Numbered from the whole stretch's first letter, positions 9,400 to 20,475 are shown. The stretch is 63,995 nt of DNA, filler included, from Sanchytrium tribonematis (GCA_018985235.1; 8 parts of 8 records of this genome joined end to end with filler, not necessarily neighbours in it), one strand, 5' to 3'. Translations and numbers: made by a program. The notes: generated by a model from the letters alone, not told the origin.

Positions 9400-12300
9400 A
9401 TGTTATTTGCTTTACTTCTTTTTGCTACTAATACGACTTCAAATACAAATACAAATGACAAGTCAGATAAAGTAGATTCCAATTCAAAAGACAAAGTAGA
9501 TCCAAAAAATAAAGACAATGATCCATCAAAGACAGCATCCCCTCCAAATGTAAATACACCCTCTCCTGCACAATCTCCAACAAATCCACCCTCAAAATCA
9601 CCAATTACTGTAGAATCCCCATCTCCCATCCCAAAATACAATCATCCACAGCCAACTATGTCAGAAATCCCAACTGCCACTGAATCACATTTTGCAGTAG
9701 AATCCAATGCACATAGTTCACATTATCCTACAGCCACTGAATCACATCATGCACTAGAATCTGATTCTTTCCAATCTGAAATCCCTATAGCTACTGAATC
9801 ACATCACGCTGTAGAATCCAATTCTATTCATTCAGAAATCCCAATTGCGACTGAATCTAACCCTATTTATTCAGAAATTCCAATTGCCACGGAATCTCAT
9901 TATGCAGTAGAATCCCATCAAACTCAATCAGAACTTCCAATTGCGACAGAATCTCATCCGATTCATTCTGAAATCCCAGTTGCAACAGAGTCTCATCCAA
10001 CTCATTCAGAACTTCCAACTGCTACAGAGTCCAATCCAATTCATTCAGGACTTCCAATTGCTACAGAATCTAACACTGTTCATTCTGAAATCCCAACTGC
10101 GACAGAATCTTATCCAATTCATACAGAGATTCCAATTGCGACAGAATCTCATCCTAGCCATTCAGGAATCCCAGTTGCAACAGAGTCTCATCCAATGTAT
10201 TCGCAAATTCCAATTGCAACAGAATCTCATCCTGCTCATTCACAAATCCCTGTTGCTTCTGAATCTTTTCCAATAATGTCAGAAATTCCAATTTCTCATG
10301 AATCTCATCCAACAGCAACTGAATCACATGGTTTATATGCTCATGAATCCCCTATAGCCACAGAATCACATCCAATTATTTCCCAAATCCCTTCTCCTAC
10401 TCAATCTGATATCCCAATTGCAGTAGAATCTATCACATTAAATAACACGACAGATACGAGTGAATCAAGTGCACATTCAAGTCACACAGTGATAGATGTG
10501 ACACCAGCAGAACCAATTACCAGTCCATCTACCATTCCTAGTGGCAGTTCTACACCCTCTAAACCAACCCAATCCACTTCACAACATTATATATCACACC
10601 ACAAGTCTCATAAAAAGAAGAAGAAGAAGAAACATGTTCAAAAGACATCCAATCAAAATACGGATAAAACAGTGCTTCATCAGAATAAGACTGAAATACA
10701 TTCTAATAATACAAATGTACCGGCAACACCTACACAACCAATGAAACCAGTAGAATCACAACAAGACTCTACACCAGTTACACCAGTTAAACCATCACAG
10801 CCACAAAATACACTAGTTGATCATCATCCTGTTGCACCAGTGGGACCAGCACAACCTTCTTATGTGGCACCAAATACACATGATACACCAACTAATTCAC
10901 AGCAATCACCTGCTCAATCCTCAAATAGTCCACCTAGTGAGCAGCCATCTCATAATCCACCTGTCATTCCACAATCTCCTTCAAAGCCATCTCCTACTGA
11001 TTCACAACCATCTCAACCATCTGATCATCCACCTGCATCACATCAATCTGATGAACCACCTTCACAAGTATTACCAGGTCAGAATTCAACTGATTTGCCT
11101 GCACAACCATCCTATGTACCAGGAATGCCTCCAATTGCACAGCCGAGTGAGAATCCATTGAAGAATTCACCTGGTCCACAATTGCCACCTGTGCCACCAA
11201 GTACAGATGGACCACAACAAGCTGGACCATCTGATTTACCACCAATGCCACCAGCAGGACCATCACAAGCACCACCTGCTCCACAGCAGCCTGCTCCACC
11301 AGCACAGGCTTCTGATTTACCACCTGCTCCACTAGTACATTATTCTGATTTACCACCAATGCCACAGCAGCCTGCTCCTCAATCTGGACCATCCCCTGCT
11401 CCACCAGCACAGGCTTCTGATTTACCTGCTGCTCCACCTGCTGGACCATCTCCGACTGGACCGTCTGATCTGCCTCCTGCTCCCCCAAGTGGACCATCTC
11501 CTCCTGCTCCAGCACAATCTTCTGATTTACCACCAATGCCACAGCAGCCTGCTCCTCAACCTGGACCATCTGATTTGCCTCCTGCTCCGCAAACGGGACC
11601 ATCGGGTCTACCTCTTGTTCCGCCTGCTGGACCATCTCCGACTGGACCGTCTGATCTACCTCCTGCTCCTCAAACGGGACCATCGGATCTACCTCCTGTT
11701 CTGCCTGCTGGACCGTCTGATTTACCTCCTGCTCCGCAAACGGGACCGTCTGATTTGCCTCCTGCTCCTCAACAGCCTGCTTCTCCAGCCGGACCATCTC
11801 CAAATCCACAAGAGCCTCAAGTAGGTGGACCATCTTCAGTTCCTCAGCAACCAGCTCCTCCATCACAGCCATCCGGATTACCTCCTGTTCCACCAACTGG
11901 ACCTCCTCCTGCTCAATCATCAGGTACTCTTCCAAATCCTCAACAACCAGCTCCTCCAAGCGGACCATCTGATTTACCACCTCAACAACCAGCTCCTCAA
12001 ACTCAACCTTCCGATTTACCTCCTGCTCCTCCAAGCGGACCATCTGATTTACCATCCCAACAACCACTTCCTCCCCAAAGTGGGCCTTCTGATTTGCCAC
12101 CGGCTCCTCAACAACCAGCTTCTCCAAGTGGGCCTTCTGATTTGCCACCGGCTCCTCAACAACCGGCTCCCCAAAGTGGACCATCTGATTTGCCACAGCA
12201 ACCACCTGCGCCTCAAACACAGCCATCAAATTTACCTCCAGTACCTGGACCATCTGACCTGCCTCCTGCGCCTCCATCTGCAAATCCCCAACAGCCAGCT

Positions 12301-13698
12301 CCTCCAGCAAAATCATCTGATTTGCCTCCTGTTCCTCCAACGGGACCATCTGATCAACCTCAGACTCCTCAGCAGCCTGCTCCTCCATCCGATTTGCCTC
12401 CAACTCCTCAGCAACCTGTTCCTCCAACGGGACCATCTGATTTGCCACCTGCTCCTCCAGCTGGTCCGTCTCCAAATCCACAAGAGCCTCAAACGGGCGG
12501 ATCTCCAGCTCCTCAGCAACCTGCTCCTCCTACACAATCTTCTGATTTGCCACCTACCAATCCACAATCCCAAAATCCATCTATTCCAGCACAACCATCT
12601 TACATCCCTCCAAATCCTCAAAATAGTCAAGTATTACCCCCTCCCACCAATTCAAATACTCCTGATCAACCACAATCTTCTCCTACTAATGTAGATCAGC
12701 AGCCAGCACAGCCAGTACAACAGCCAGTACAACAGCAACCAGTACAACAGCCAGCGCAACAGCCTGATATTCCACCTGTATTACCAAATAATCCAGATAA
12801 TTCTCAAAATAATACTGCACCTCCACAACAACCAGCACAATCTGGTGACCAACCAACACCATCTGGTGACAATTTAGATACATCAGTCATCCCTGGTTCA
12901 GCTGATGTTCCTCCACCAGCAGATGCATCTCCAGTAGATCCACAAATTCCAACAAGTCCCACAGACAATTCTATTGATAATAGCCAATCCCCAACACTCT
13001 TCCAATCACCCAATGTCATTCAAACACAACCATCTGATGTTCAAGATGGTCAAGATGGTCAGGATGGTGTTAATTTACCTGGAATTATTCCAATTCGTAA
13101 AGGAAATACACCATCAGATAATCCAATTGAAAATCCAACCAATAATCCAGTAGACAATCCAGTGGATAATCCAGCAATATCACCCAACAATTCACCATTA
13201 GATACACTCAATCTACCCACGAATAACACATTTCAATCCACCAATGAGAATGCACCCAATCCAGATGTGACATTAAATACATTCAAGAAAACAGCATCAA
13301 ATACACCATCCAACAATGTGATTACACCTGATATTCAACCCATGTCACCAGATGATCAAATATTTCAAATTCAAGATCATTTAGCCAATCAAATCTCACC
13401 TGTTTCATATCCTAAAATGCCACCTAGATCGGATATTAATACAATTATACCAGATCCAAGTAGGCCATTTGGATTACCAGGTGAAGATTTGAATCCATCT
13501 TATTTGTTTAGTGGATTACAGCCTAAATTGGAGAATCCATTAATTCCACATACATTGGAAGATGCAAATTTGTTGTTTTTTAAAAATAGTAATGAGTCAT
13601 TTCGACAAGTACAAGCACAGGCATATAGTAGTGCCACTAGAGTATCTGAATATACAATGGGATGGATATTTATGATGTTATTGATTGAAATAAATTAA
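9400..13698 (+). CDS. Large Pro/Ser/Gln-rich repetitive secreted, probably GPI-anchored surface protein (about 1432 aa)
   Basis: Signal MLFALLLFA; 13-aa EIPIATESHPIHS repeats; His/Lys tract; GPSDLPPAPQQP repeats; hydrophobic C-terminus after SS. Confidence 0.85.
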   Translation: MLFALLLFATNTTSNTNTNDKSDKVDSNSKDKVDPKNKDNDPSKTASPPNVNTPSPAQSPTNPPSKSPITVESPSPIPKYNHPQPTMSEIPTATESHFAVESNAHSSHYPTATESHHALESDSFQSEIPIATESHHAVESNSIHSEIPIATESNPIYSEIPIATESHYAVESHQTQSELPIATESHPIHSEIPVATESHPTHSELPTATESNPIHSGLPIATESNTVHSEIPTATESYPIHTEIPIATESHPSHSGIPVATESHPMYSQIPIATESHPAHSQIPVASESFPIMSEIPISHESHPTATESHGLYAHESPIATESHPIISQIPSPTQSDIPIAVESITLNNTTDTSESSAHSSHTVIDVTPAEPITSPSTIPSGSSTPSKPTQSTSQHYISHHKSHKKKKKKKHVQKTSNQNTDKTVLHQNKTEIHSNNTNVPATPTQPMKPVESQQDSTPVTPVKPSQPQNTLVDHHPVAPVGPAQPSYVAPNTHDTPTNSQQSPAQSSNSPPSEQPSHNPPVIPQSPSKPSPTDSQPSQPSDHPPASHQSDEPPSQVLPGQNSTDLPAQPSYVPGMPPIAQPSENPLKNSPGPQLPPVPPSTDGPQQAGPSDLPPMPPAGPSQAPPAPQQPAPPAQASDLPPAPLVHYSDLPPMPQQPAPQSGPSPAPPAQASDLPAAPPAGPSPTGPSDLPPAPPSGPSPPAPAQSSDLPPMPQQPAPQPGPSDLPPAPQTGPSGLPLVPPAGPSPTGPSDLPPAPQTGPSDLPPVLPAGPSDLPPAPQTGPSDLPPAPQQPASPAGPSPNPQEPQVGGPSSVPQQPAPPSQPSGLPPVPPTGPPPAQSSGTLPNPQQPAPPSGPSDLPPQQPAPQTQPSDLPPAPPSGPSDLPSQQPLPPQSGPSDLPPAPQQPASPSGPSDLPPAPQQPAPQSGPSDLPQQPPAPQTQPSNLPPVPGPSDLPPAPPSANPQQPAPPAKSSDLPPVPPTGPSDQPQTPQQPAPPSDLPPTPQQPVPPTGPSDLPPAPPAGPSPNPQEPQTGGSPAPQQPAPPTQSSDLPPTNPQSQNPSIPAQPSYIPPNPQNSQVLPPPTNSNTPDQPQSSPTNVDQQPAQPVQQPVQQQPVQQPAQQPDIPPVLPNNPDNSQNNTAPPQQPAQSGDQPTPSGDNLDTSVIPGSADVPPPADASPVDPQIPTSPTDNSIDNSQSPTLFQSPNVIQTQPSDVQDGQDGQDGVNLPGIIPIRKGNTPSDNPIENPTNNPVDNPVDNPAISPNNSPLDTLNLPTNNTFQSTNENAPNPDVTLNTFKKTASNTPSNNVITPDIQPMSPDDQIFQIQDHLANQISPVSYPKMPPRSDINTIIPDPSRPFGLPGEDLNPSYLFSGLQPKLENPLIPHTLEDANLLFFKNSNESFRQVQAQAYSSATRVSEYTMGWIFMMLLIEIN
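9661..10430 (+). repeat. Coding tandem repeat, about 39-bp unit (P[IVT]ATES motif)
   Basis: Recurrent ccaattgc(a/g/t)acagaatc units. Confidence 0.85.
11220..12560 (+). repeat. Coding imperfect repeat encoding GPSDLPPAP/QQPAP units
   Basis: Recurrent ggaccatctgattt(a/g)cc. Confidence 0.85.
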
Positions 13699-13724
13699 AG
13701 TTGATTTTTGTAATATATGGGTAT

Positions 13725-14905
13725 TTATTGAGTGAAATTGGATATACTCAAACGAGATTGCTTACGAACTGGTACTTTGATGACGAGACCTAGTAAAATG
13801 CAGTTGATCATCAATTTAAAGACGATGGACCAACTTAAATTGACATTTTTTGAAACTACTGTTAATTTGGATGCATTTGCACCTAGGACTGTGGCATGGG
13901 TAGAGATGGTTGACATAGATGTAGTGACATTGAATGATGTCAATTGAGTGGATTGCGTGAAGAATCGACGTGTAGGGACTAAATGAGTGAGGAATTACTT
14001 GGTTTGTCTGTGGTATCACTTTCCAATTCAGAAAGGATTGAATCAAATGGGGTCACTTGTAAGGTGGAAGGAGACGTTGAGCTACTTTTTAAAGTCATTT
14101 TGACAGCAGTACTTTCAATTGTTGCCAAAAATGCTGAAAAAGATGTTACAGGTGGAATTGATGTCGTTGCAATCGTAGATGCCAATGTGCTTTGAATTGT
14201 AGTGGTCAAAGTTGTCTCGATTTGTAATGCAGCTGGTGGAGCAGGAACCAAGTAGAATTTCTTACACATTGTCAAATTTGGGACATTTGTGTCATTTAAC
14301 AAGGCATTAGATGATAAATCACACTTAGCAAGCGTCAATTGAGTAGTATCATTGATGGATACACTGGATATTTGATTATTAGCAATCAAAAGTGTAGTTG
14401 GCTTAAATAAATTCAAACTTCCAGTCAAAAAAGTGTTTGGAATTGCCCAATCCAATCGTTGTAGTGATAATATTGTCAATGTAGGTGGAAATATTGGCAT
14501 ATCACCACTTAAAAAGCAATTATCAATGGTAATTTCAGTCATATTCACTGGAATAGGTGGAAATTTGCCAAATATTGTATGATCTGATTTAATTCTCAAA
14601 GTCACCAAGGCTGGTGGCAACCCCATTTTGCCAAATGTACCATTTAAGTGATAACCTGCTGATGAGAAATCAATAAATCTAAATGAGATGCCGGTGACTT
14701 GTCCTGCTGTATTACAAGTGGCGTAATCAGAATTGCAACAATTTTTGGTAATTTTTTCAAACACATTTGGAGCAATTACATCTGCATTCATGGCTTTCGC
14801 GAAATCAACAACATAGTCACAATCCGATGGCGTACTTGATACTGCTTGTTTCAATTGATTACTAGTACATCCTGTGATATTTGCCAATGAATTTGCATCT
14901 AAGTA
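13725..14905 (-). pseudogene. LRR single-pass membrane protein, 5' end cut off by the pogo insertion; intron 13979-13998
   Basis: DC..V.DF...NCC cap, LRR-like repeats, CDLSSN, S/T-rich stalk; C-terminal TM homologous to 17660-19657; no upstream ATG before the transposon end. Confidence 0.65.
13979..13998 (-). other. 20-nt intron GTAATTCCTCACTCATTTAG
   Basis: GT-AG; joins ORF 13979-14887 in frame to 13725-13943, adding the family TM tail. Confidence 0.8.
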
Positions 14906-15039
14906 CCGTAGTATGCCGGTTAGAACGGTACCGTTCTATTCACCATTTTTAAAATTGATTACCGTATTATTAGGGGATACCGTTATATCAGGGGTCCTAT
15001 TCGAATAGAACGTTTCTAAGAATTTAAGAATAAATAAAT

Positions 15040-16304
15040 TTATTCATTGGCACAATTTAAACAGATATCACTTCTACTCATACATCCAATACCAAATCCA
15101 TGTACAGGTTGAAGACATTTATCACAGACATGATTTTGAGTCGATAACATTTCAACGTTACAAAATACACAAACTTTATCAGTCAATTCACTTGGAGAAG
15201 CTCTATCTAAAATTTCATATGCTCGCGCTTCACATTCACTTCTTGTCTTTGTCAATGGGTCAACAGAAGTTCTGGTTCTTAAAGTAGCACGTTCTGCATC
15301 AGGATCAAAATTATACAGATTAACATGAAAAGTTTCATCGCCTAATTCATCAGCTTCAAACTGCTTTGATTTGCTAACAATTTCGGTAATGCAAACATTT
15401 GCTAATGATTCATAATAAGCTGCAATAAAACCTTCACCTAATCTTTCATGTTTTGCAAGATAAGTATCTTCTGGCCCCCAATCCGTTGTATATTCAGTTG
15501 GTAAACCACCTGACTCTAGCGCTTTGTTGATTTGAGTTTGTGAAAAACTGCTGAGTATTTCCTTAATCCATCCCGTCATTAGTTCAATTGAAAACTTTTT
15601 CAACTTGCCATTTGACCAATTGTCGTTAAAATACATATATTCCTCAATTTTATCACTCATTCGACTCTTAAATGACCGGTTAATTGATACATCTAACGTT
15701 TGTAAATAAGCAGTGCAATTTGCAGGAATCATTACTTGCTGAAAATTCTACATTATAATCAAATACGTATTTGACTAGCTGTTTTTTAATATCATCAGAT
15801 TTATGTACCGGACACGCATCCCAAACTAAAATTTTACTATCAGTTTTTGTTTTTGTTTTAAAAAAGGAGTCTTTTGATTGGTCGGGGCACGTGGAAATCA
15901 AATGAATCCATTTTTTCGCAATTGATGAAGTAATCCATGCCTTTTCAGAGTATGTATAGGCAACACCATTTTTGAATTTGAGTTCTTTTTCTTCGTTGCC
16001 TTTGTAGATTAAAAGAGGAGTACCAAAAGTGCCATCCGATTTAATAGAAAGTAGACAGGTGATTCTATCAGAATCAAATCCGGTGCCTTTTACAACAATA
16101 CTTGATCGGCCAGTTATATCCACCGTAGTGGAATGTGAAGACGTAAAATAAATTGCAGTTTCATCTGCTGCGAAGATGTTTTTTAAATCTTGCTTTTTAT
16201 CACTTATTTCAAAGAAGTTTGATAATGTATAGTCCAAATAACGATAATAAAGAACTGATCGCTTCACAATTTCTTCATCGTTTAGTGTTTGACGTGAACT
16301 AGCT
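15040..16304 (-). CDS. pogo-family DD35D transposase with C-terminal Cys-rich finger, 5'-partial, intron 15748-15766
   Basis: ADET, KAWIT, LVWDAC.VH, IPANCTAYLQTLDV; C-terminal CxxC..CxxC..H..C..CxxC. Confidence 0.85.
15748..15766 (-). other. 19-nt intron GTATTTGATTATAATGTAG
   Basis: GT-AG; removal restores the frame and gives exactly 35 residues between catalytic D2 and D3. Confidence 0.85.
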
Positions 16305-16404
16305 NNNNNNNNNNNNNNNNNNNNNNNNNNNNNNNNNNNNNNNNNNNNTTAATTAATTAANNNNNNNNNNNNNNNNNNNNNNNNNNNNNNNNNNNNNNNN
16401 NNNN

Positions 16405-16689
16405 TACAAAATATAAATCGCATTTCTCAAATAATAAGATATAAATGGATAACAATATGAATTTGATCCATGCGAATAGAATATATCCCTTGTTGAAGAT
16501 ATGAGATGGAATCCAGTCAAATTTAGAAATGATTTTTAAATTTTGACATTCTGGAAAACATCGATCTGGATTGAAATAATTGGTATAGACTATAATTTCA
16601 TGATGAGCAGATAATCCATTGGCTAATTGAACAATCAATTGCTCTGCGCCACCCAGTCCCAAATTGGGATGAATAAAAATGATTTTCAT
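16405..16689 (-). CDS. ALG2: Alpha-1,3/1,6-mannosyltransferase ALG2, 3'-partial
   Basis: IIFIHPNLGLGGAEQLIVQLA...YTNYFNPDRCFPE. Confidence 0.85.
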
Positions 16690-16942
16690 GTTTGAGGGAG
16701 ATTTATGTCAATCAAAAATCATGGTTTCCTCCCACCAAACCACAGGGAAATTCTTTAAAAATGAAAGCCATATTTACTAAAGGTCTAAATTTAGTGAAAC
16801 CAAATATGATTACTTTGTCAAATATCCGCAAATGAAAGTTTTTGAAACATTTGTCTCTAAGCCAATCAAATACTGAGTTTTCTCTACCCAATCATCATTT
16901 ACAAAACGACTATAAAAGCAACCCTCTCCGTGTCCATTAAAA

Positions 16943-17266
16943 ATGAACAAATCCTTTGATTTCACAACTCTTACTCCAACAGATATGGATATGCCATCAT
17001 TCGATGCCCGCCAACTCCATTTCATCATTAAATCCACCATGAAAAAGTACTCAAATGCCCATTTCACTAAAAAGATGCAAATGCGGTCCCTATTAAAACG
17101 TATCCAATACATGTATCCACTCACATTCACCTGCTTAACCGAACAAGGATTGACTCCTAAAGAAGTGGTTGCTCGATTGCAGCACATGGTTAAAGGAAAA
17201 GTAACCACTGTTGAACAGATAGAAAGTGATCCCATGTATGGGAATCTAACACATGATTTGCTTTGA
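16943..17266 (+). CDS. Uncharacterised basic protein, 107 aa
   Basis: ATG ORF with A-rich start context and downstream AATAAA; no recognised domain. Confidence 0.5.
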   Translation: MNKSFDFTTLTPTDMDMPSFDARQLHFIIKSTMKKYSNAHFTKKMQMRSLLKRIQYMYPLTFTCLTEQGLTPKEVVARLQHMVKGKVTTVEQIESDPMYGNLTHDLL

Positions 17267-17455
17267 GCTTGTAAAAATAAATATTATTTATGTCAACAGA
17301 CTATTTTGCAGTTTATAAATTGTTTTGACTTTTGCCAATTAAATTCTCATTATTTTATTTTCATCAACCAATGAGATCCTTATAAGAATATGACTCATTT
17401 TATTTAATGAGTCTAAATTGGTCATCTATTTAAGCAGTTGCTTCCCATCTTCATA

Positions 17456-17629
17456 ATGTTGTCGTTTACAATCTTATATGCTCTATCTGTTGATGGTTTA
17501 ACGTGTGATCAAGTCATGGACAAACAAGTTGAAAATGGTATTATTGATATTACTGAGAGATTACATCATGTCACAAACTGCCATTATGAACATGCACCTA
17601 CTTGGAATCCACCAGAAGATGACAAATAA
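17456..17629 (+). CDS. Small secreted C-x24-C peptide, family member 1 (57 aa)
   Basis: Signal MLSFTILYA; paralogous to 19856, 20299 and 20615. Confidence 0.75.
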   Translation: MLSFTILYALSVDGLTCDQVMDKQVENGIIDITERLHHVTNCHYEHAPTWNPPEDDK

Positions 17630-17659
17630 ATGAAATTACTAGGCCATCTGTTTCAAAAT

Positions 17660-19657
17660 ATGAATTTAAAATCTATTTTATTCATTTATTTTTCAATAAT
17701 GACGCGTATATTCAGCATATCAGCAGACTGCCCCACCTTGATCAACTTTTTAAAAAGCTTGAATCTACATTCAACAGATCCATATTTATATCAAATTATT
17801 CCGGCGGACTGCTGTAATAATCAATTAGGAGATCCCCAAATGGGAACAATTACCATTGGTTGTGTTGATATTGGATCTAACCAGTATATCACTACATTAT
17901 ATATTCAAAATGTTAAGATCAATGGAGAAATTAAAAGTCAATTTATTCCTTCTACATTAAGCACCTTGGTTATTTCCAACACGCCTCTAAATTGTAGCAT
18001 TCCCGTTGATTTACCAGATCATTTGCAGGTATTACATTTAACAAATAATAAATTACAAGGCTCGATTCCAAATACAATGCCCAGTCGTCTAGTTGATTTA
18101 CAATTGAGCAGAAACCAATTGAATATTTTACCAGACTTGTTCCCTAATAGTATCACGACACTGTATCTAGACCACAATCAATTTACTAAAATGCCTCCAA
18201 TTCCCCAAAACATTCAGTATTTGGATATTTCCAATAATTTTATTTTTGACAATTTGCCAGAATTGAGTTCATTTCATTTAAAATTGTTTAATGCCATTAA
18301 TAATTTGATATTTGGTGCCATTCCGATTCTTCCTGCATTAATGACATCATTAAATTTGCAGCATAATCAATTAAATGGTTCTTTTCCAAATTTACCAAAT
18401 TCAATAATAGAACTTAAATTGAGTTTCAACAGATTAAGTGGCAATTTGTCAAATTCATGGCCATTAGACATCGCCATTGTTGATTTATCACACAATTTAT
18501 TATCAGGAAGCATCTCAAATTTTACTGATCCAGGTAGAAGTATTTTTGGATATACACCATATTTAGATTTCTCGTGGAATTTATTATCTGGTAATTTACC
18601 ATTTCTTGGTAACAAAGATTATGATAGCCTTGTATTTTCACATAATCAATTATCTGGTAGTATTGATTTAGGATTATCATCAACAAGAATACTAGATTTG
18701 AGTTTTAATCAATTTGACATTCTTCCAAATAATTTGCCGCGATTTCTTGAGAGTCTATATTTGAAAAACAATCGATTTTCTAGTAATATGACATTTGAAA
18801 TACCCAATTCATTGGTGGCATTTGATATATCATGTAATGATTTAACTGGAGAGCTTCCGAATTGGCAAGGACCCTATTTTGCACATTTTAATTTCTCCTA
18901 CAATTCATTTACTGGAAGAATTCCAAAATCATTATTGGCTAGACAATCAGTAGATGTATCCAATAATCAATTGAGTGGATGTATTGATGAGACGATAACT
19001 GGCTCAATTCTGTATTTGAATGATAATTTATTGAGTGGCAATTTAACACTTTTTGGACCTATTGCATTATATGTTCAGAATAATTTCATTCAAGATGTAG
19101 TGATGCAAAGTGATCGGTCACTTGTAATGTGCGACATGAGCAGCAATCCAATGGCACCTGGAGTGTTTGGTAAAACTTTTAAAAGTATTTGTAAATTAGA
19201 TTTTGTTTATGCCAGTAATCGTAGCACCTGTGAGATTGTGCCATTTACCGTTAATTATACTAGGCGTATCCCTGATAAACCAATGACTATGTCAATTAGT
19301 AAATTGGAGACGACACTCGCTAAAAGTGATTCAATTACATTTGTGCCCCAAATTACAACTAGTTTTAGTCAAATTACTCGTTATCCTATACGAAGCATCT
19401 CACAAGATAATACTCAAGTGATCACTACTCAATTTACTTTAAAAGAAGAGCTAGAAAGCAGTACATTTGTGTCAAATGATCAAACCTCGTCAGAATCAAA
19501 TACCTCAGAATGGTCGATGCCAATATTTAAAGTGGATTGGTCACCCCTCATCACTCTTAGGCTATGTTTCAATGCTATGTTGGGTGGTATCATTGCAGCC
19601 AAAACTCCAATTAGAAAAAAGAAGGAGAAGAAAATGGATAGCGAACTTTTAGAGTGA
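17660..19657 (+). CDS. LRR receptor-like single-pass membrane protein
   Basis: Signal, DC..L..F...DCC cap, many L.L..N.L.G.LP repeats, S/T stalk, TM, basic tail. Confidence 0.88.
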   Translation: MNLKSILFIYFSIMTRIFSISADCPTLINFLKSLNLHSTDPYLYQIIPADCCNNQLGDPQMGTITIGCVDIGSNQYITTLYIQNVKINGEIKSQFIPSTLSTLVISNTPLNCSIPVDLPDHLQVLHLTNNKLQGSIPNTMPSRLVDLQLSRNQLNILPDLFPNSITTLYLDHNQFTKMPPIPQNIQYLDISNNFIFDNLPELSSFHLKLFNAINNLIFGAIPILPALMTSLNLQHNQLNGSFPNLPNSIIELKLSFNRLSGNLSNSWPLDIAIVDLSHNLLSGSISNFTDPGRSIFGYTPYLDFSWNLLSGNLPFLGNKDYDSLVFSHNQLSGSIDLGLSSTRILDLSFNQFDILPNNLPRFLESLYLKNNRFSSNMTFEIPNSLVAFDISCNDLTGELPNWQGPYFAHFNFSYNSFTGRIPKSLLARQSVDVSNNQLSGCIDETITGSILYLNDNLLSGNLTLFGPIALYVQNNFIQDVVMQSDRSLVMCDMSSNPMAPGVFGKTFKSICKLDFVYASNRSTCEIVPFTVNYTRRIPDKPMTMSISKLETTLAKSDSITFVPQITTSFSQITRYPIRSISQDNTQVITTQFTLKEELESSTFVSNDQTSSESNTSEWSMPIFKVDWSPLITLRLCFNAMLGGIIAAKTPIRKKKEKKMDSELLE

Positions 19658-19855
19658 CATTTCACATTTATAAATTCAAGAGTCTGTCATTTACCACTGT
19701 TTTGCAGTCATATTTCATTCAATAACTTTGTAATATCATCAAATATAAATCTAATAATTCTCATTTTCTAAACCAATGGAATAAATTGGGTCATTTTCTC
19801 CAACCAATGGCAATAAATTGACTGTTTATTTAAGCAGATTATATCCATCTTAATC

Positions 19856-20047
19856 ATGCTATCGTTATTCGCCATATTCTTTGCAATCCCATTCTCAGTC
19901 AACGGACAAACTTGTCAACAAGTCATGGAAGAACAAGTTAAACTTGGAATTATCAACGTGATTGATGAAGAGCACAAGATTGCAGATTGTGAATATGAAC
20001 ATTCTCCTGCTTACAACCCACCAGAGGGTTCAAAATACAGTAAATGA
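19856..20047 (+). CDS. Small secreted C-x24-C peptide, member 2 (63 aa)
   Basis: TCQQVMEEQV...KIADCEYEHSPAYNPP. Confidence 0.78.
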   Translation: MLSLFAIFFAIPFSVNGQTCQQVMEEQVKLGIINVIDEEHKIADCEYEHSPAYNPPEGSKYSK

Positions 20048-20298
20048 TTTTGAATTTTGATTTTTAAATTTCTTTTATTTCAGTTTAAAAGAGATGCCAA
20101 TTCATTCTGATGCCTCTACAATAATACAACAAGGTACCCAGTGATCCCCAGTATACACAGGTGGCCTTTTTTCAATTATTAAGCATGCAAGCTGCCTTGT
20201 GATTCCCTTTGTAGCATAATGAAAAGACAAAAGTCAAAATAATCAACCAATCACATCAGCATCTCATGGTATTTAAACAGCCCTGCTCTATTCAAATA

Positions 20299-20475
20299 AT
20301 GTTATTCACTATTGTCTTATTCGCTATCCCTGCCAAACAAACTTGCAAACAGCAAACAGATGCACTCTTAAAAGCAAAAAAGATTAGTATTACGGAATAT
20401 GCTCATAAATTGGCAGATTGTGAATATGCGCAATCCCCTGCATTTAATAAGCCAAAGAAACCAAAGGGTAAATAA
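20299..20475 (+). CDS. Small secreted C-x24-C peptide, member 3 (58 aa)
   Basis: MLFTIVLFA; TCKQQ...HKLADCEYAQSPAFN. Confidence 0.75.
   Translation: MLFTIVLFAIPAKQTCKQQTDALLKAKKISITEYAHKLADCEYAQSPAFNKPKKPKGK

Larger units (their letters stand above)
14906..16304 (-). mobile_element. pogo/Fot1-like (Tc1/mariner superfamily) DNA transposon, 3' portion
   Basis: DDE_1 transposase; candidate terminus TA|CCGTA at 14904-14910; runs off the contig end. Confidence 0.8.

Noticed and set aside
9661..12560. Regularly spaced repeats that might suggest a CRISPR array
   Set aside because: Repeats are in-frame coding units with synonymous variation, with no unique spacers and no cas genes; eukaryotic context
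9941..13019. Long alternative-frame and antisense ORFs (e.g. 10994-12481, 11825-12694) within the Pro-rich gene
   Set aside because: Shadows of a repetitive, codon-biased CDS with few off-frame stops
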